This document shows positions 46,441 through 56,461 of a stretch of DNA of 64,000 nt, one piece after another; within the stretch, counting starts at the first letter, position 1, and the number at the start of each line of letters is the position of its first letter. This DNA comes from a virus. The DNA lies in IMG/VR virus record IMGVR_UViG_3300045988_101578, positions 1 through 64,000 of that record; one strand, 5' to 3'. Both the position numbers and the translations under genes were made by a program. Below the pieces are notes generated by a model. It saw nothing but the letters and a program-made list of their open reading frames with translations, was not told where the DNA came from and made no database searches.

Positions 46441-46976
46441 TTAATATTAATGAATTGACAACAGATCATAAGATTAAATTAAAGAAACCAATGGGATGCT
46501 TCGATAATCTTGGCGAGGTATGTGAGATTGTTAAGATTGATACAGATGAAAATGTTATTAATTTTAGATTTGGTGTAGATGGAGTACATCTTGGCGTGAT
46601 GTCAGGAGATGAATTGGAAAAATATTTTGATGTTATTGAACCAACTGTTATTCCTGATGATTATGAGTGGCATCCATATGGTTTTATTGAAGATAATCAG
46701 GTTATGTATCATGCTCTTAAGAATGGTAGTATTTCGATGGAGACTACATATGATGGAGATGGAACAATTTCTGTTGTGTACGAGCACCCTGAAAATCCTT
46801 ATCGGCAAATTAAAAATGGGCAAAGAGGTAGGTTTTATTGTGAAGATTTGAAAGTAGCATTTTTTAAATTAAAGAAAACATACTATGACAAATTATATGA
46901 AGATATACAAGAAGAAGTCATGTTGGATTTTGTTAAAAATAAAGACAAATTAGAGCCAGTTGAAGTCAATGAATAG
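46437..46976 (+). CDS. hypothetical protein
   Basis: overlapping start ATGA. Confidence 0.5.
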   Translation: MININELTTDHKIKLKKPMGCFDNLGEVCEIVKIDTDENVINFRFGVDGVHLGVMSGDELEKYFDVIEPTVIPDDYEWHPYGFIEDNQVMYHALKNGSISMETTYDGDGTISVVYEHPENPYRQIKNGQRGRFYCEDLKVAFFKLKKTYYDKLYEDIQEEVMLDFVKNKDKLEPVEVNE

Positions 46977-46985
46977 TAGGATGCA

Positions 46986-47192
46986 ATGATAGATAATGTT
47001 AAATTAACAATCAGAATATTTTCAATTGCTGTGTGCGTATTGTTGTATGTAGCTGCTTGGGTTTGGTTCATAATTACTGCTCGTGATGACTCGGACAATT
47101 GGAATTGGACTAAATATTATAGGACATTTTTCTTATGGATTATGTTACATGTAGTATGCTTAATTGGAGTAATTTTGTGGGCTTGGTGTTAG
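46986..47192 (+). CDS. small membrane protein (2 TM)
   Basis: hydrophobic helices. Confidence 0.45.
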   Translation: MIDNVKLTIRIFSIAVCVLLYVAAWVWFIITARDDSDNWNWTKYYRTFFLWIMLHVVCLIGVILWAWC

Positions 47193-47198
47193 AAAGAG

Positions 47199-47606
47199 GT
47201 GATAAAGATGGGCGATTTTAAAGTTGGAGACGAAGTGTATTTTGCTTGGTACGATGAACCATATACTGTTAAATCTGGAATTATTACGGAGATTAAATGC
47301 CTTGGCGATCTAATATATATAATGATACAAGACAGTATAACGCATGGTTTATATATGGTTCTTTTAGAAGAGATATATCGCACTGAATCAGAAATAAAAT
47401 CGGTTTTAAAACGAGAGTTTTATGGCAAGGTAAATGAGGTTAAAAAAGACATTCATACTTTAGAAGATTTGCTGAAATTTATGTATGACAATGATCTCAC
47501 AGATTGGTCATCAAAATCTATAAATGGCTGGCAGACAGATTGGGTAGGTCGTGTTGCAGTAAGAGAACTAGCAAAAGAAATTTGCGGTATTGAGTTAGGA
47601 GAGTAA
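47199..47606 (+). CDS. hypothetical protein
   Basis: RBS agaggtg. Confidence 0.5.
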   Translation: MIKMGDFKVGDEVYFAWYDEPYTVKSGIITEIKCLGDLIYIMIQDSITHGLYMVLLEEIYRTESEIKSVLKREFYGKVNEVKKDIHTLEDLLKFMYDNDLTDWSSKSINGWQTDWVGRVAVRELAKEICGIELGE

Positions 47607-47611
47607 TGTAG

Positions 47612-47851
47612 ATGGAGAAAGAAAAGAAAAATAAATTACATACATCTGAAGAAATTTTAAATGCACTGCATGTGATTCAGGATACGTGCGAATATTATCA
47701 GAGCAATATTGTCGATAGAGATCGGTGTAAGCAATGCCCTTTATGCACGAGAATCGAAGATAATGATACGTGTACAATTACAGATTTAGAGCCTGATAAT
47801 TGGAGTATTGCAGACAATCCAGATACTACGTGGCGAGCATTTGAAAAGTAG
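47612..47851 (+). CDS. small Cys-rich protein, paralogue A
   Basis: shares the pattern IQD.C...C..CP...W...W..F.K with 47865..48101. Confidence 0.45.
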   Translation: MEKEKKNKLHTSEEILNALHVIQDTCEYYQSNIVDRDRCKQCPLCTRIEDNDTCTITDLEPDNWSIADNPDTTWRAFEK

Positions 47852-47864
47852 GAGATGAAGATTT

Positions 47865-48101
47865 ATGAGTGAGAAAAATTATGGAGAGTATACGGAAGAA
47901 GCAGTTGCTGTTGCATTAAAAACAATTCAAGATATTTGTACTATTAACAAAGATAGTTGTGGTTGTAATATCACATGTCCGTTTTTAAAATTACTAGATG
48001 GCGGGACTAGGCAAATATGTCCTATTACCTCTAGTCATCCTGGTTATTGGAGATTGAACGAATTTCCGCCCAAACAATGGGTGCCTTTTTGCAAGGGATA
48101 A
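47865..48101 (+). CDS. small Cys-rich protein, paralogue B
   Basis: paralogous to 47612..47851. Confidence 0.45.
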   Translation: MSEKNYGEYTEEAVAVALKTIQDICTINKDSCGCNITCPFLKLLDGGTRQICPITSSHPGYWRLNEFPPKQWVPFCKG

Positions 48102-48131
48102 TTACATAAGAACAAGTAAATAAAGGAGTAA

Positions 48132-48674
48132 ATGTCGTTGAAATTAAATGACGAACAGAGAAAATTAGTAGAACAAAATCATAATTTGATTTACTCTGCT
48201 ATGACAAAATGCGGTATCCGCAGACAAGATTTTGATGACTATTATGGATTCGCTGCTATTGGGTTGTGTAAGGCAGCAATTGATTATGATGAAACACGAT
48301 CTAAATCATTTTCGACATATGCGTATTTATGTATACAAAATGAAATAACGGTATATAATAAATACAGATTTCGGCAGAGAAGAAAGGGTGATATGAATAC
48401 TATTTCATATAATCATATGTTAGATGATTGGGATGAAGACAAAAATGAAAATTCATTTCTTTTAAAGGATGAAGAAAATTTTGAAAAAAATATTATTTTC
48501 AAGTTGAATTTTCAAGATAAATGTTACACACTAAATAATAAGGACAGAATGATTGTTGATTTAAAATCAAAAGGTTATACATATCAAGAAATCGCAAAAA
48601 TGTTTGGTACATCATTTCAAGCGATACAACAAAAGATTAAAAGAATGCGATCAACAACATTTTCCAGATTATAA
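48132..48674 (+). CDS. sigma-70 family sigma factor, paralogue 2
   Basis: same N-terminal LNDEQRKLVEQNHNLIY ... GLCKAAIDYDE ... C-terminal HTH YTYQEIAKMFGTSFQAIQQKIKRM as 42295..42828. Confidence 0.7.
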   Translation: MSLKLNDEQRKLVEQNHNLIYSAMTKCGIRRQDFDDYYGFAAIGLCKAAIDYDETRSKSFSTYAYLCIQNEITVYNKYRFRQRRKGDMNTISYNHMLDDWDEDKNENSFLLKDEENFEKNIIFKLNFQDKCYTLNNKDRMIVDLKSKGYTYQEIAKMFGTSFQAIQQKIKRMRSTTFSRL

Positions 48675-48710
48675 AAGTTGAATAACGCAAACAACTTTTA
48701 TTATTTTTTT
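48672..48710 (+). terminator. rho-independent terminator
   Basis: aaaagttg ... caactttt hairpin followed by tattatttttttt. Confidence 0.65.
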
Positions 48711-48884
48711 TGACGCATTTGTTATAAACGTGCTAGAACGATTATAACAATATAAGACGATCAGATAAAATTATTTTTTGTTCCTGTTGACTTTGGCAGA
48801 GTTGACAGTGGATATAAATTGATGACTTATTTACAAACTAAAAACTAACTAAACAAATTTAATAACAGAAAGAGGTAAATTTAT

Positions 48885-49997
48885 TTGGCAGAAAACACAA
48901 AATCTAAAAGACTTTTCAACTTACCAGAAACTAAAGGTACATTTCAGTTAGAAGGATTAATCACTGATTGTGCAAAAGACGACTTTTATAAGGAAGGTAA
49001 AACGCAGAAAGGCAAAGATAAACGAACGTTATCTTTCGGAGTTAAAGTAGAACCCGATGTAAAAGTTGGATGTAAAATTCAGGCATTTGAAAAACCTACA
49101 GTATGTTTTATCAAACGAGAGAAAGACGGTACATACAAAACTAAAAAAATTCCTTGGGCGGATCGTTTTAAATCGGCTGAAGAATTAGGACTTGGCGAAG
49201 GTTGGGCAATTATTGGTTCAAGAGCAGGTCTTGAAAAAGAGACCAATGATAAAGGACAGGTTGTTAATAAGAAAGTTGTCTTAGATCCATTTGATTTAAC
49301 AAAATATACTTCAGAACATATGGCAGACAACCAGAGCGTATTCATCAAAGGAGATATTGAATATGGAAGTTTTACTGGGGAAGACGGTACTAAACGTCAG
49401 TGGTCAAGAATGTCTCCAACACAGATTAGTTTAACAAGTAAAGAAATTGATCTTGATGATGAAGAACGTAAAGTAAGATCTGATTTCAAACAGACAATGG
49501 TATTCACAAATATCGAACAGGAAAAAGAAAATGATGTGCCAACAGGACGTTTTATCGTTTATGGAAAGATTATTGGTTATTCATCTGTTGATGACGCTGA
49601 ATTCTATATGACAAATAAGAAATTAGCAAAAACTTTTAAGAAAAATGTGAAGCCATATTCATCTATTGAAGTTTGGGGACATATTAAGACAGAAATTCAG
49701 ACAGAAGAAGTTGAAGTAGAAGATGATGGATGGGGAGAAGCAGATCCTACAAAGAGAGTCGTAAATTCTGCAAGAAAAGAACTTATTATCACTGGCGCAA
49801 GCAAAGACAGTATTGATTCAGAAACATACACCAGAGAAGCAATTGATGCAGCGATTGAAGCTATTAAAAAGGCAGAAGCAGCAAGAAGTGATTTCGGTGA
49901 GTCTGATGATAAACAGACAAGTAGTTCTTCTACAGATGATGAATGGGGATCTGGTTTTGATGATTCTTCAGATGATACTGAAGGCGATGTTTGGTAA
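48885..49997 (+). CDS. acidic protein with a D/E-rich C-terminal tail; possible DNA-binding/SSB-like (TTG start)
   Basis: acidic tail DDEWGSGFDDSSDDTEGDVW; position ahead of the replisome genes. Confidence 0.3.
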   Translation: MAENTKSKRLFNLPETKGTFQLEGLITDCAKDDFYKEGKTQKGKDKRTLSFGVKVEPDVKVGCKIQAFEKPTVCFIKREKDGTYKTKKIPWADRFKSAEELGLGEGWAIIGSRAGLEKETNDKGQVVNKKVVLDPFDLTKYTSEHMADNQSVFIKGDIEYGSFTGEDGTKRQWSRMSPTQISLTSKEIDLDDEERKVRSDFKQTMVFTNIEQEKENDVPTGRFIVYGKIIGYSSVDDAEFYMTNKKLAKTFKKNVKPYSSIEVWGHIKTEIQTEEVEVEDDGWGEADPTKRVVNSARKELIITGASKDSIDSETYTREAIDAAIEAIKKAEAARSDFGESDDKQTSSSSTDDEWGSGFDDSSDDTEGDVW

Positions 49998-50062
49998 GAG
50001 CAATTCTAAATCGTTTCACAAATAAATAACAAAAACAATATATACATAAAGGAGTTTTACAT

Positions 50063-51277
50063 TTGGCAAAAGCAAGAAAAGCAGCAAAAACACAGAGTAA
50101 ATTGATGACTATTATTTATGGAGAACCTTTTACTGGTAAAAGTACACTGGCAATGCAGTTAGCGTATTTTAAACGCCCAGATGGGAAACCTTTCAGAGTC
50201 TTATATTTAGACTCTGAATCAGGAAGTATTGATGATTATTTACCAGAATTAGAGGAAAATGGTGTAAATCTCGAAAACATTTACATTGTTTACACTCAGA
50301 GCTTAGGAGAAGTAAGACATTATATTGATACAGTTAAAACAAACGGTGACTTCTACGAGCTTGATGACGATGGAGAAGAAACTGATGATGTAGTTTTAGA
50401 TGCAGATGGTCTTCCATTTAGAGCTGATGCAATTGTTGTAGATGGATCAACAATCTTAAATCTGACTACAAAACAGGGATTGATTGAGTTCTCTAAGAAA
50501 AGAAATCGTGTAAAAGCGGATGCTGCAAATATGACAGGTGAAGCCAGACTTGTCAAGATTGAAGGTGCAGGTATGGAATTAAAAGATTACCAGACTGTAA
50601 ATTTCAAAGGTCAGGATTTAATTCTTGATTTATTAGCTTCTGGAGCACATTGTGTTGTAACAGCAAGAGAAAAAGATGAAACAGAATCTAAGATGATTGA
50701 TGGTAAAAGAGAAACTGTTACAACAGGTCGTAAAATTATTGACGGATTTAAAGGTATGGATTATAACGCCAAAACAGTAATTCGTACATTCGTTGATAGT
50801 GAAACTGATATGGTTTGTGCTCAGATATTGAAAGATAGAACACATACATATAAAAAGAACGAGATTGTAGAAGATCCACAGATGTTAGCTTGGCAGAAAG
50901 TTATTGATAATTCTGTTGGGAACAAAGAGTTTACACTTGGTAATGCTCTTACAAAAGCAGTAGATGTCGAACAGAAAATCTATAAGAGAGAAATTCTTGG
51001 AGAAGCAGGTAAACCAGTTTCCGAAGAGGAAGCAGAAAAAGAAGAATCTGGTGTGTTATCCAGTGGCTCATCTAGCAAAAAAGATTCTGTTCAGGATGTA
51101 AAAAAACGAATTTCTGATAGAATTAAAAAATTAGCCCCTCCAAAAAGACAGGAAATGAAAGATAAGCTCGCCAAAGAAGGATTACCTACCGCCTTTAGTC
51201 GTCTTAATGATCTTGATCAGCTAAAGAAGATAGAAGAAATCTTAGTGAAAAAAATCAAAGAAGATCAAGAAGGATAA
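50063..51277 (+). CDS. phage AAA_24/Sak4-like ATPase (RecA-fold)
   Basis: Walker A IIYGEPFTGKSTLA then LYLDSESG. Confidence 0.55.
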   Translation: MAKARKAAKTQSKLMTIIYGEPFTGKSTLAMQLAYFKRPDGKPFRVLYLDSESGSIDDYLPELEENGVNLENIYIVYTQSLGEVRHYIDTVKTNGDFYELDDDGEETDDVVLDADGLPFRADAIVVDGSTILNLTTKQGLIEFSKKRNRVKADAANMTGEARLVKIEGAGMELKDYQTVNFKGQDLILDLLASGAHCVVTAREKDETESKMIDGKRETVTTGRKIIDGFKGMDYNAKTVIRTFVDSETDMVCAQILKDRTHTYKKNEIVEDPQMLAWQKVIDNSVGNKEFTLGNALTKAVDVEQKIYKREILGEAGKPVSEEEAEKEESGVLSSGSSSKKDSVQDVKKRISDRIKKLAPPKRQEMKDKLAKEGLPTAFSRLNDLDQLKKIEEILVKKIKEDQEG

Positions 51278-51356
51278 GGTGAAATTACAAAAGGGTTTAT
51301 TTGGTAGCCATTTTGGCTACCTAATCCTTTGATATTGGACGAGGAGTAACTGTAGT

Positions 51357-52052
51357 ATGGCAGATGTTTTAACAGTAAAATGTGCTTATTGTAAAGAAGT
51401 AATTGAACTTGATTTAGATAAAGTACAAGAGATTGTTAAATATGACAATAGTTATTATCACAAAGAATGTTTCCGAAAAATGTGTGAAGCAAAATTATTA
51501 TCCAAAAATACTAAACATGATAAATGGTTATCTGCATTATCTAAGATTGACGAATATAATCAGAAAGCACGATTGTTACTTGAACCAAGATTATTAGAAG
51601 ACAAAGTATATCGGTTTATTCTTGATAATTATAATTACATTGGTTCTGTACCAGCATATGTTTTTACAAAATTGAAAAGCATTTACAAAGGTACATATCG
51701 TGGTTTGGCGAAACCAATTCCGCCAAGTGACCTTTTAGATATGTGGAAGCGTCAAATGAAATATCTTAAGAAAAATCGAACATTTTTGATACAAAAAGGA
51801 ACGATGGATGAAGATAATCCAACACATCAGGTTAATTATGATTTAGCAGTTTTAGTAGGAAAGTATGATAGTTATTTACGATGGAAAGAGAAACAGAAAT
51901 TAAATGAAGTAGACAAAAAGAATAATGAAAAATTTGCAAAATCTTTTGTTGAAACAAATAATATCACAACTCAGAAAACTGTAGTAACAGCCACACAAGA
52001 CGATGATATGGACGACATTTTAAGTGATATTTTTGGTGAGGGACTTGATTGA
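51357..52052 (+). CDS. hypothetical protein with an N-terminal zinc-ribbon motif (CAYCKE...HKEC)
   Basis: ORF. Confidence 0.45.
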   Translation: MADVLTVKCAYCKEVIELDLDKVQEIVKYDNSYYHKECFRKMCEAKLLSKNTKHDKWLSALSKIDEYNQKARLLLEPRLLEDKVYRFILDNYNYIGSVPAYVFTKLKSIYKGTYRGLAKPIPPSDLLDMWKRQMKYLKKNRTFLIQKGTMDEDNPTHQVNYDLAVLVGKYDSYLRWKEKQKLNEVDKKNNEKFAKSFVETNNITTQKTVVTATQDDDMDDILSDIFGEGLD

Positions 52053-53602
52053 CAGAAGAAACAGTAGAACGTAAAAGTGTAACTAACATTCAGAGTGAAA
52101 TGATGTTTATCGGTGCTTTGTATAAACAGCCAGATTTATATGTTTCTTATGGTGGATATATGAGAAGTCAGTATGATTTCAGTGACGAGGCATGTAAATT
52201 TTTCTATGATATGTTTGAGATTATGTATAAAACATTTACTCAAACGATTGAGGAAGACAAGGTAAATATGTTCATGAGTCAATCAGATGAAAGACTTAGG
52301 ACATACAAAAGATACAAAGGGTGGAAGACGATTTCATCATGGATGCAGGTTGCAGATTGTGATGATTTTAAAAAATATTATAATCTCGTTAAGAAATATT
52401 CTCTTGTAAGAGAGTATGACAGAAATGGATATCCTGTTCAACGAATTTTAAACCATAGGTTATTTGAAAAATGGGAAGCAAAAGATATTTATAGAGTGAT
52501 TCGATCTCAGGCGGACAAAATTAACACTGTTATTAGCGCAGGCGAAGATTCTGTCTTATTGAATAGTGGTGTTGAATCACAGGTTGAATCATTTTTATCA
52601 AAACCAGATTTGGGGATTCCGTTACCTTGGGCGATTCTCAATAAGATGTTCAGAGGGTGTCGTCTTGGAAAGGTAATTTTTAATGGATTCTTAAGTAATG
52701 AAGGAAAATCAAGAAATATGATGTTGTTGATTGCATATATCGTATTGGCAATGGACGAGAAATTTTTATTACTCAGTAATGAGATGGATGAAGACGATTT
52801 ACGAAATTGCTTAGTCGTTACAGTGATCAACAACAAATGTTTCAAAGAGCTTCATGGGATTGATATTGAAAAGCCAGAAGAAGAAATAGTTCTTGGTATT
52901 TACAGAGATAACAATGGCAATGTGATTGAAAGAAAAACAAATGAAAATGGAGACTTTATTGAAACAGAAGATGAGTACAAACATAGAGTGGCTACTACGT
53001 CAGATGAGTTTCAGAAAGTTATGCAAGTTGCAAAATGGGTTGATCAGAAACGTCAAGGGAAATTATATTTCAAAGATGTTGGCTCTGACTACTCAGATTC
53101 TGCATTAGAGTTTGAATTTAGAAAACATCGTATGTTATATGATGTGAAATATTGTGGTTATGACACATTAAAAGGTTATCGTATTGATGATTGGCAAACA
53201 GTGAAACAGACAGCCACAAAAATTAAAGAACTTATGAAAGAGATCCATATGTTTTGCTTTTCTGTATTCCAGTTAACTGATGATACGGTGTATACAGATA
53301 TATTCCAGCTAAGTAGTAATAATATTGCCAATGCAAAACAGATTAAGCACGTTGCTGACATCTTAATGCTTGGTAAAAGATTACATCCTGACGAATATTA
53401 CAAATATCAGTATATATCAATTAGCGATTGGGGAGAACCACAGGCGCACGATCTAAAAAAGGACAAGACATATTTCTGTATTAAGGTTGATAAAAACCGA
53501 GGTGGTAACAAGAATGTTATTCCAATTTTTGAAATCAATTTGGATTTAAATACTTGGGACGAAATAGGATATGTCATAAAACGAGAGAAAAACGGAGCGT
53601 AG
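52049..53602 (+). CDS. DnaB-like replicative helicase
   Basis: N-terminal DnaB-like helical domain (IGALYKQPDLY...) and GIPLPWAILNKMFRGCRLGKVIFNGFLSNEGKS (P-loop-like) resembling DnaB motifs H1/H1a. Confidence 0.5.
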   Translation: MTEETVERKSVTNIQSEMMFIGALYKQPDLYVSYGGYMRSQYDFSDEACKFFYDMFEIMYKTFTQTIEEDKVNMFMSQSDERLRTYKRYKGWKTISSWMQVADCDDFKKYYNLVKKYSLVREYDRNGYPVQRILNHRLFEKWEAKDIYRVIRSQADKINTVISAGEDSVLLNSGVESQVESFLSKPDLGIPLPWAILNKMFRGCRLGKVIFNGFLSNEGKSRNMMLLIAYIVLAMDEKFLLLSNEMDEDDLRNCLVVTVINNKCFKELHGIDIEKPEEEIVLGIYRDNNGNVIERKTNENGDFIETEDEYKHRVATTSDEFQKVMQVAKWVDQKRQGKLYFKDVGSDYSDSALEFEFRKHRMLYDVKYCGYDTLKGYRIDDWQTVKQTATKIKELMKEIHMFCFSVFQLTDDTVYTDIFQLSSNNIANAKQIKHVADILMLGKRLHPDEYYKYQYISISDWGEPQAHDLKKDKTYFCIKVDKNRGGNKNVIPIFEINLDLNTWDEIGYVIKREKNGA

Positions 53603-53605
53603 GTT

Positions 53606-54634
53606 ATGGACGTAGCACAGCTAAAAGAATATATATACGACAACAATTATGTAGAAAATATTCTGAAAGATATAGGCTGTCATCATATTAAATATCATTC
53701 GTCTGGATATTGGAGCTGTGCAAATAAAGATGGGGATAATGAATCCGCAGTTATTACATATAACAACGAAAACCTAAATTGCACAAATTATACAAGAAAA
53801 ATGACAGCAAAAGAAAGACAGACAGATTTAATTGACTTGGTATGCTTTACAAAAAGTCTGTCTTTCCCAGACGGTTTAAAATATCTAGCCAATTTGATCG
53901 GCATAGATTATTATCATGATTTTAATGAGCAACTGCCAGAAAGTTTGCAGATCACTCAATTGATTCATGATATGAAAGAAAATATAGAAACCGAAGAAGA
54001 TAAACCAGTCAAGCCAATTCCAAAACAAATTCTTTCCTATTATAAAGACTATGTTAATGATTTATTTTATGAAGATCATATCAGTTATTTAACTCAGAAG
54101 GAATTTAATATTGGCTATGACGAAGATACAAACAGAATTACAATACCTATTTTTTCTGAAATTGGTGATTTGGTAGGTGTTAAAGGACGATTGTTCAAGA
54201 AAAAGTTAGATAAACATGATTTGAAATATTTATATATTGAGCCATGCGCTAGACAAAGAATCTTATACGGATTGAATAAAACTCTACCTTATATAGAAAG
54301 GATTGGAAGAGTATATGTTGCAGAAGCAGAAAAAGCTGTCATGCAGCTATGGTCATATGGATATCAAAATGTTGTGGCAACTGGCGGCAAGCAAGTTTCA
54401 AGACAGCAAATCGACATGTTAACAAGACTCGGAGTTGAAATAGTATTTATTTTTGACAAAGATGTTGAGTTAAAAGAGATTCAAAAGCTTGGCGATCGTT
54501 TTATTGATGGAGTTCCGATTTCATACATTATGGATAATTCAAAAGAAGGAATCCTTGATGAAAAAGAATCACCTACTGATGATCCTAAAAAATGGGAACT
54601 ATTGTTAAATAACTATTTGTATACACTTAAATAA
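53606..54634 (+). CDS. DNA primase (TOPRIM domain)
   Basis: VYVAEAEKAVMQLWSYGYQNVVATGGKQVSRQQIDMLTRLGVEIVFIFDKDVE fits TOPRIM (E...G...D.D). Confidence 0.5.
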   Translation: MDVAQLKEYIYDNNYVENILKDIGCHHIKYHSSGYWSCANKDGDNESAVITYNNENLNCTNYTRKMTAKERQTDLIDLVCFTKSLSFPDGLKYLANLIGIDYYHDFNEQLPESLQITQLIHDMKENIETEEDKPVKPIPKQILSYYKDYVNDLFYEDHISYLTQKEFNIGYDEDTNRITIPIFSEIGDLVGVKGRLFKKKLDKHDLKYLYIEPCARQRILYGLNKTLPYIERIGRVYVAEAEKAVMQLWSYGYQNVVATGGKQVSRQQIDMLTRLGVEIVFIFDKDVELKEIQKLGDRFIDGVPISYIMDNSKEGILDEKESPTDDPKKWELLLNNYLYTLK

Positions 54635-54701
54635 GAACAGGCAGGTTATACATATAAAATACAAATTATATGAAGGAGGCACAAATGATACCTCTAATGT
54701 T

Positions 54702-56450
54702 GTGCCAGAAATTTTAAGAAATAGAGGGATTGATGATTATGAAACGTATTTGAACCTTGATGATAGCGTAATTCAAGAGTATGCCGATTTAGAGGGTATC
54801 AAAAATGCAGTAAATACAACGATTTTTGCACTTGAAAATGGACATAAAATCGGTATTTTAATTGACGAGGACGTAGACGGATTTTGCTCAGCTTCAATGG
54901 CATACATGTACTTAAATCGTATTAATAATGAACTTTATGACAGCAAGAGTAACATTTGTTACTTATTGCATAAAAAAGCAAAAGCTCACGGATTAAGTGA
55001 AGATATTACTATACCTGAAGACGTAAAACTTTTAATAATCCCAGATGCAGGCACCAACGATGTAACACAGTGTGCAGAACTTACAAATCGTGGCGTACAG
55101 ATTGTAATTCTTGATCACCATGAAAAAGAAGAATCTGAAATTAAAATGCCAGAGGAAGTTGTAATTGTAAATAACCAGTGCAGTCCACGCTATAAGAACA
55201 AAGACTTATGTGGGGCAGGCGTTGTTTATAGATTTTTGCAAGCAATGGATGACGAATTATGGATCAATTATGCTGATGATTATTTAGATTTATGTGCATT
55301 AGCGAATATCGGTGATGTCATGGATATGAGATCATTTGAGACACGTCGATTAGTGGATAAAGGGATTCAGAATATTCAGAATAAATGCTTTAAAGCACTA
55401 ATTCAGGCACAAGATTATTCAATGCATAGTATTGTAAATATTCATAACATTCAGTGGTATATCGTTCCAATTATCAATGGTATGGTGCGATTTGGTTCTT
55501 TGAAAGATAAAGAATTGGTTTTTAGAGCATTTATCGAAGACTATGAGGTATTTGATTATAAGAAAAGAGCAACAAAGAACAATCCTGCGGAAGTAATTAA
55601 AGAGAACATTTACGATCGTGCTGCTCGATTATGCAAAAATGCCAAAGGTAAACAGGATCGTCAAAAGAAAAAGATGGTTCCAATCATTATGAAAGAGGCT
55701 GAAAAAGATAAAGATAGCAAGATTACTATTCTTGATGTTACAGAAACATTAGATAGCAGTTTGACAGGATTGGTTGCTATTAAGATTGCTGAAGATATGA
55801 ACAGACCATGTTTGTTATTACGAAAACATATTAATCCAGAAACAGGATTAGTAGAAATGAGTGGTAGCGCAAGGAATGTAGATCATAGCCCGATTGATAG
55901 TTTGAAAGATGTGATATCCGAAACAAATTCATTTTTATGGGCAAAAGGTCACGCCAATGCATTTGGATGTTCGACAGATAATATCTCTGGAGCAATCACA
56001 GAATTAAACGACAAGCTGAAAGATATTAAATATGATGCAACTTATAGAGTTGATTTCATTGTAGATGCTTGCAGATTAGATTTTGAACTACTACAGGAAA
56101 TGTCTAAATTGGATGATATTCGTGGGCAGGGCATTGATGATCCGATGATTGCTGTCGAGAATATAACATTAAATAAGGAAGAAATTAATGTTGTTGGTAA
56201 GAAAATGGATACAATGCAATTCAAGATTAATGATATTCCATGCGTGATGTTTAGATGCGATGAACAAAATAAGATTTATGATTGGATTATGAACGATTTT
56301 TCTGACGAAGGCACAGTTACATTTGAATTAGTAGGAACTGCACAGACTAATATCTTTAACGGAATTAGACAATATCAAATTGCGGTTGATGATATTAATG
56401 TTCTGAGCATCACAACAGATGAAGAATTAGACGAAGATATTTGGGATTGA
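54702..56450 (+). CDS. RecJ-like DHH/DHHA1 single-strand exonuclease
   Basis: IDEDVDGF (DxDG), ILDHHE (DHH), GHANAFG (DHHA1). Confidence 0.65.
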   Translation: MPEILRNRGIDDYETYLNLDDSVIQEYADLEGIKNAVNTTIFALENGHKIGILIDEDVDGFCSASMAYMYLNRINNELYDSKSNICYLLHKKAKAHGLSEDITIPEDVKLLIIPDAGTNDVTQCAELTNRGVQIVILDHHEKEESEIKMPEEVVIVNNQCSPRYKNKDLCGAGVVYRFLQAMDDELWINYADDYLDLCALANIGDVMDMRSFETRRLVDKGIQNIQNKCFKALIQAQDYSMHSIVNIHNIQWYIVPIINGMVRFGSLKDKELVFRAFIEDYEVFDYKKRATKNNPAEVIKENIYDRAARLCKNAKGKQDRQKKKMVPIIMKEAEKDKDSKITILDVTETLDSSLTGLVAIKIAEDMNRPCLLLRKHINPETGLVEMSGSARNVDHSPIDSLKDVISETNSFLWAKGHANAFGCSTDNISGAITELNDKLKDIKYDATYRVDFIVDACRLDFELLQEMSKLDDIRGQGIDDPMIAVENITLNKEEINVVGKKMDTMQFKINDIPCVMFRCDEQNKIYDWIMNDFSDEGTVTFELVGTAQTNIFNGIRQYQIAVDDINVLSITTDEELDEDIWD

Positions 56451-56461
56451 GGTGAAAGTTA

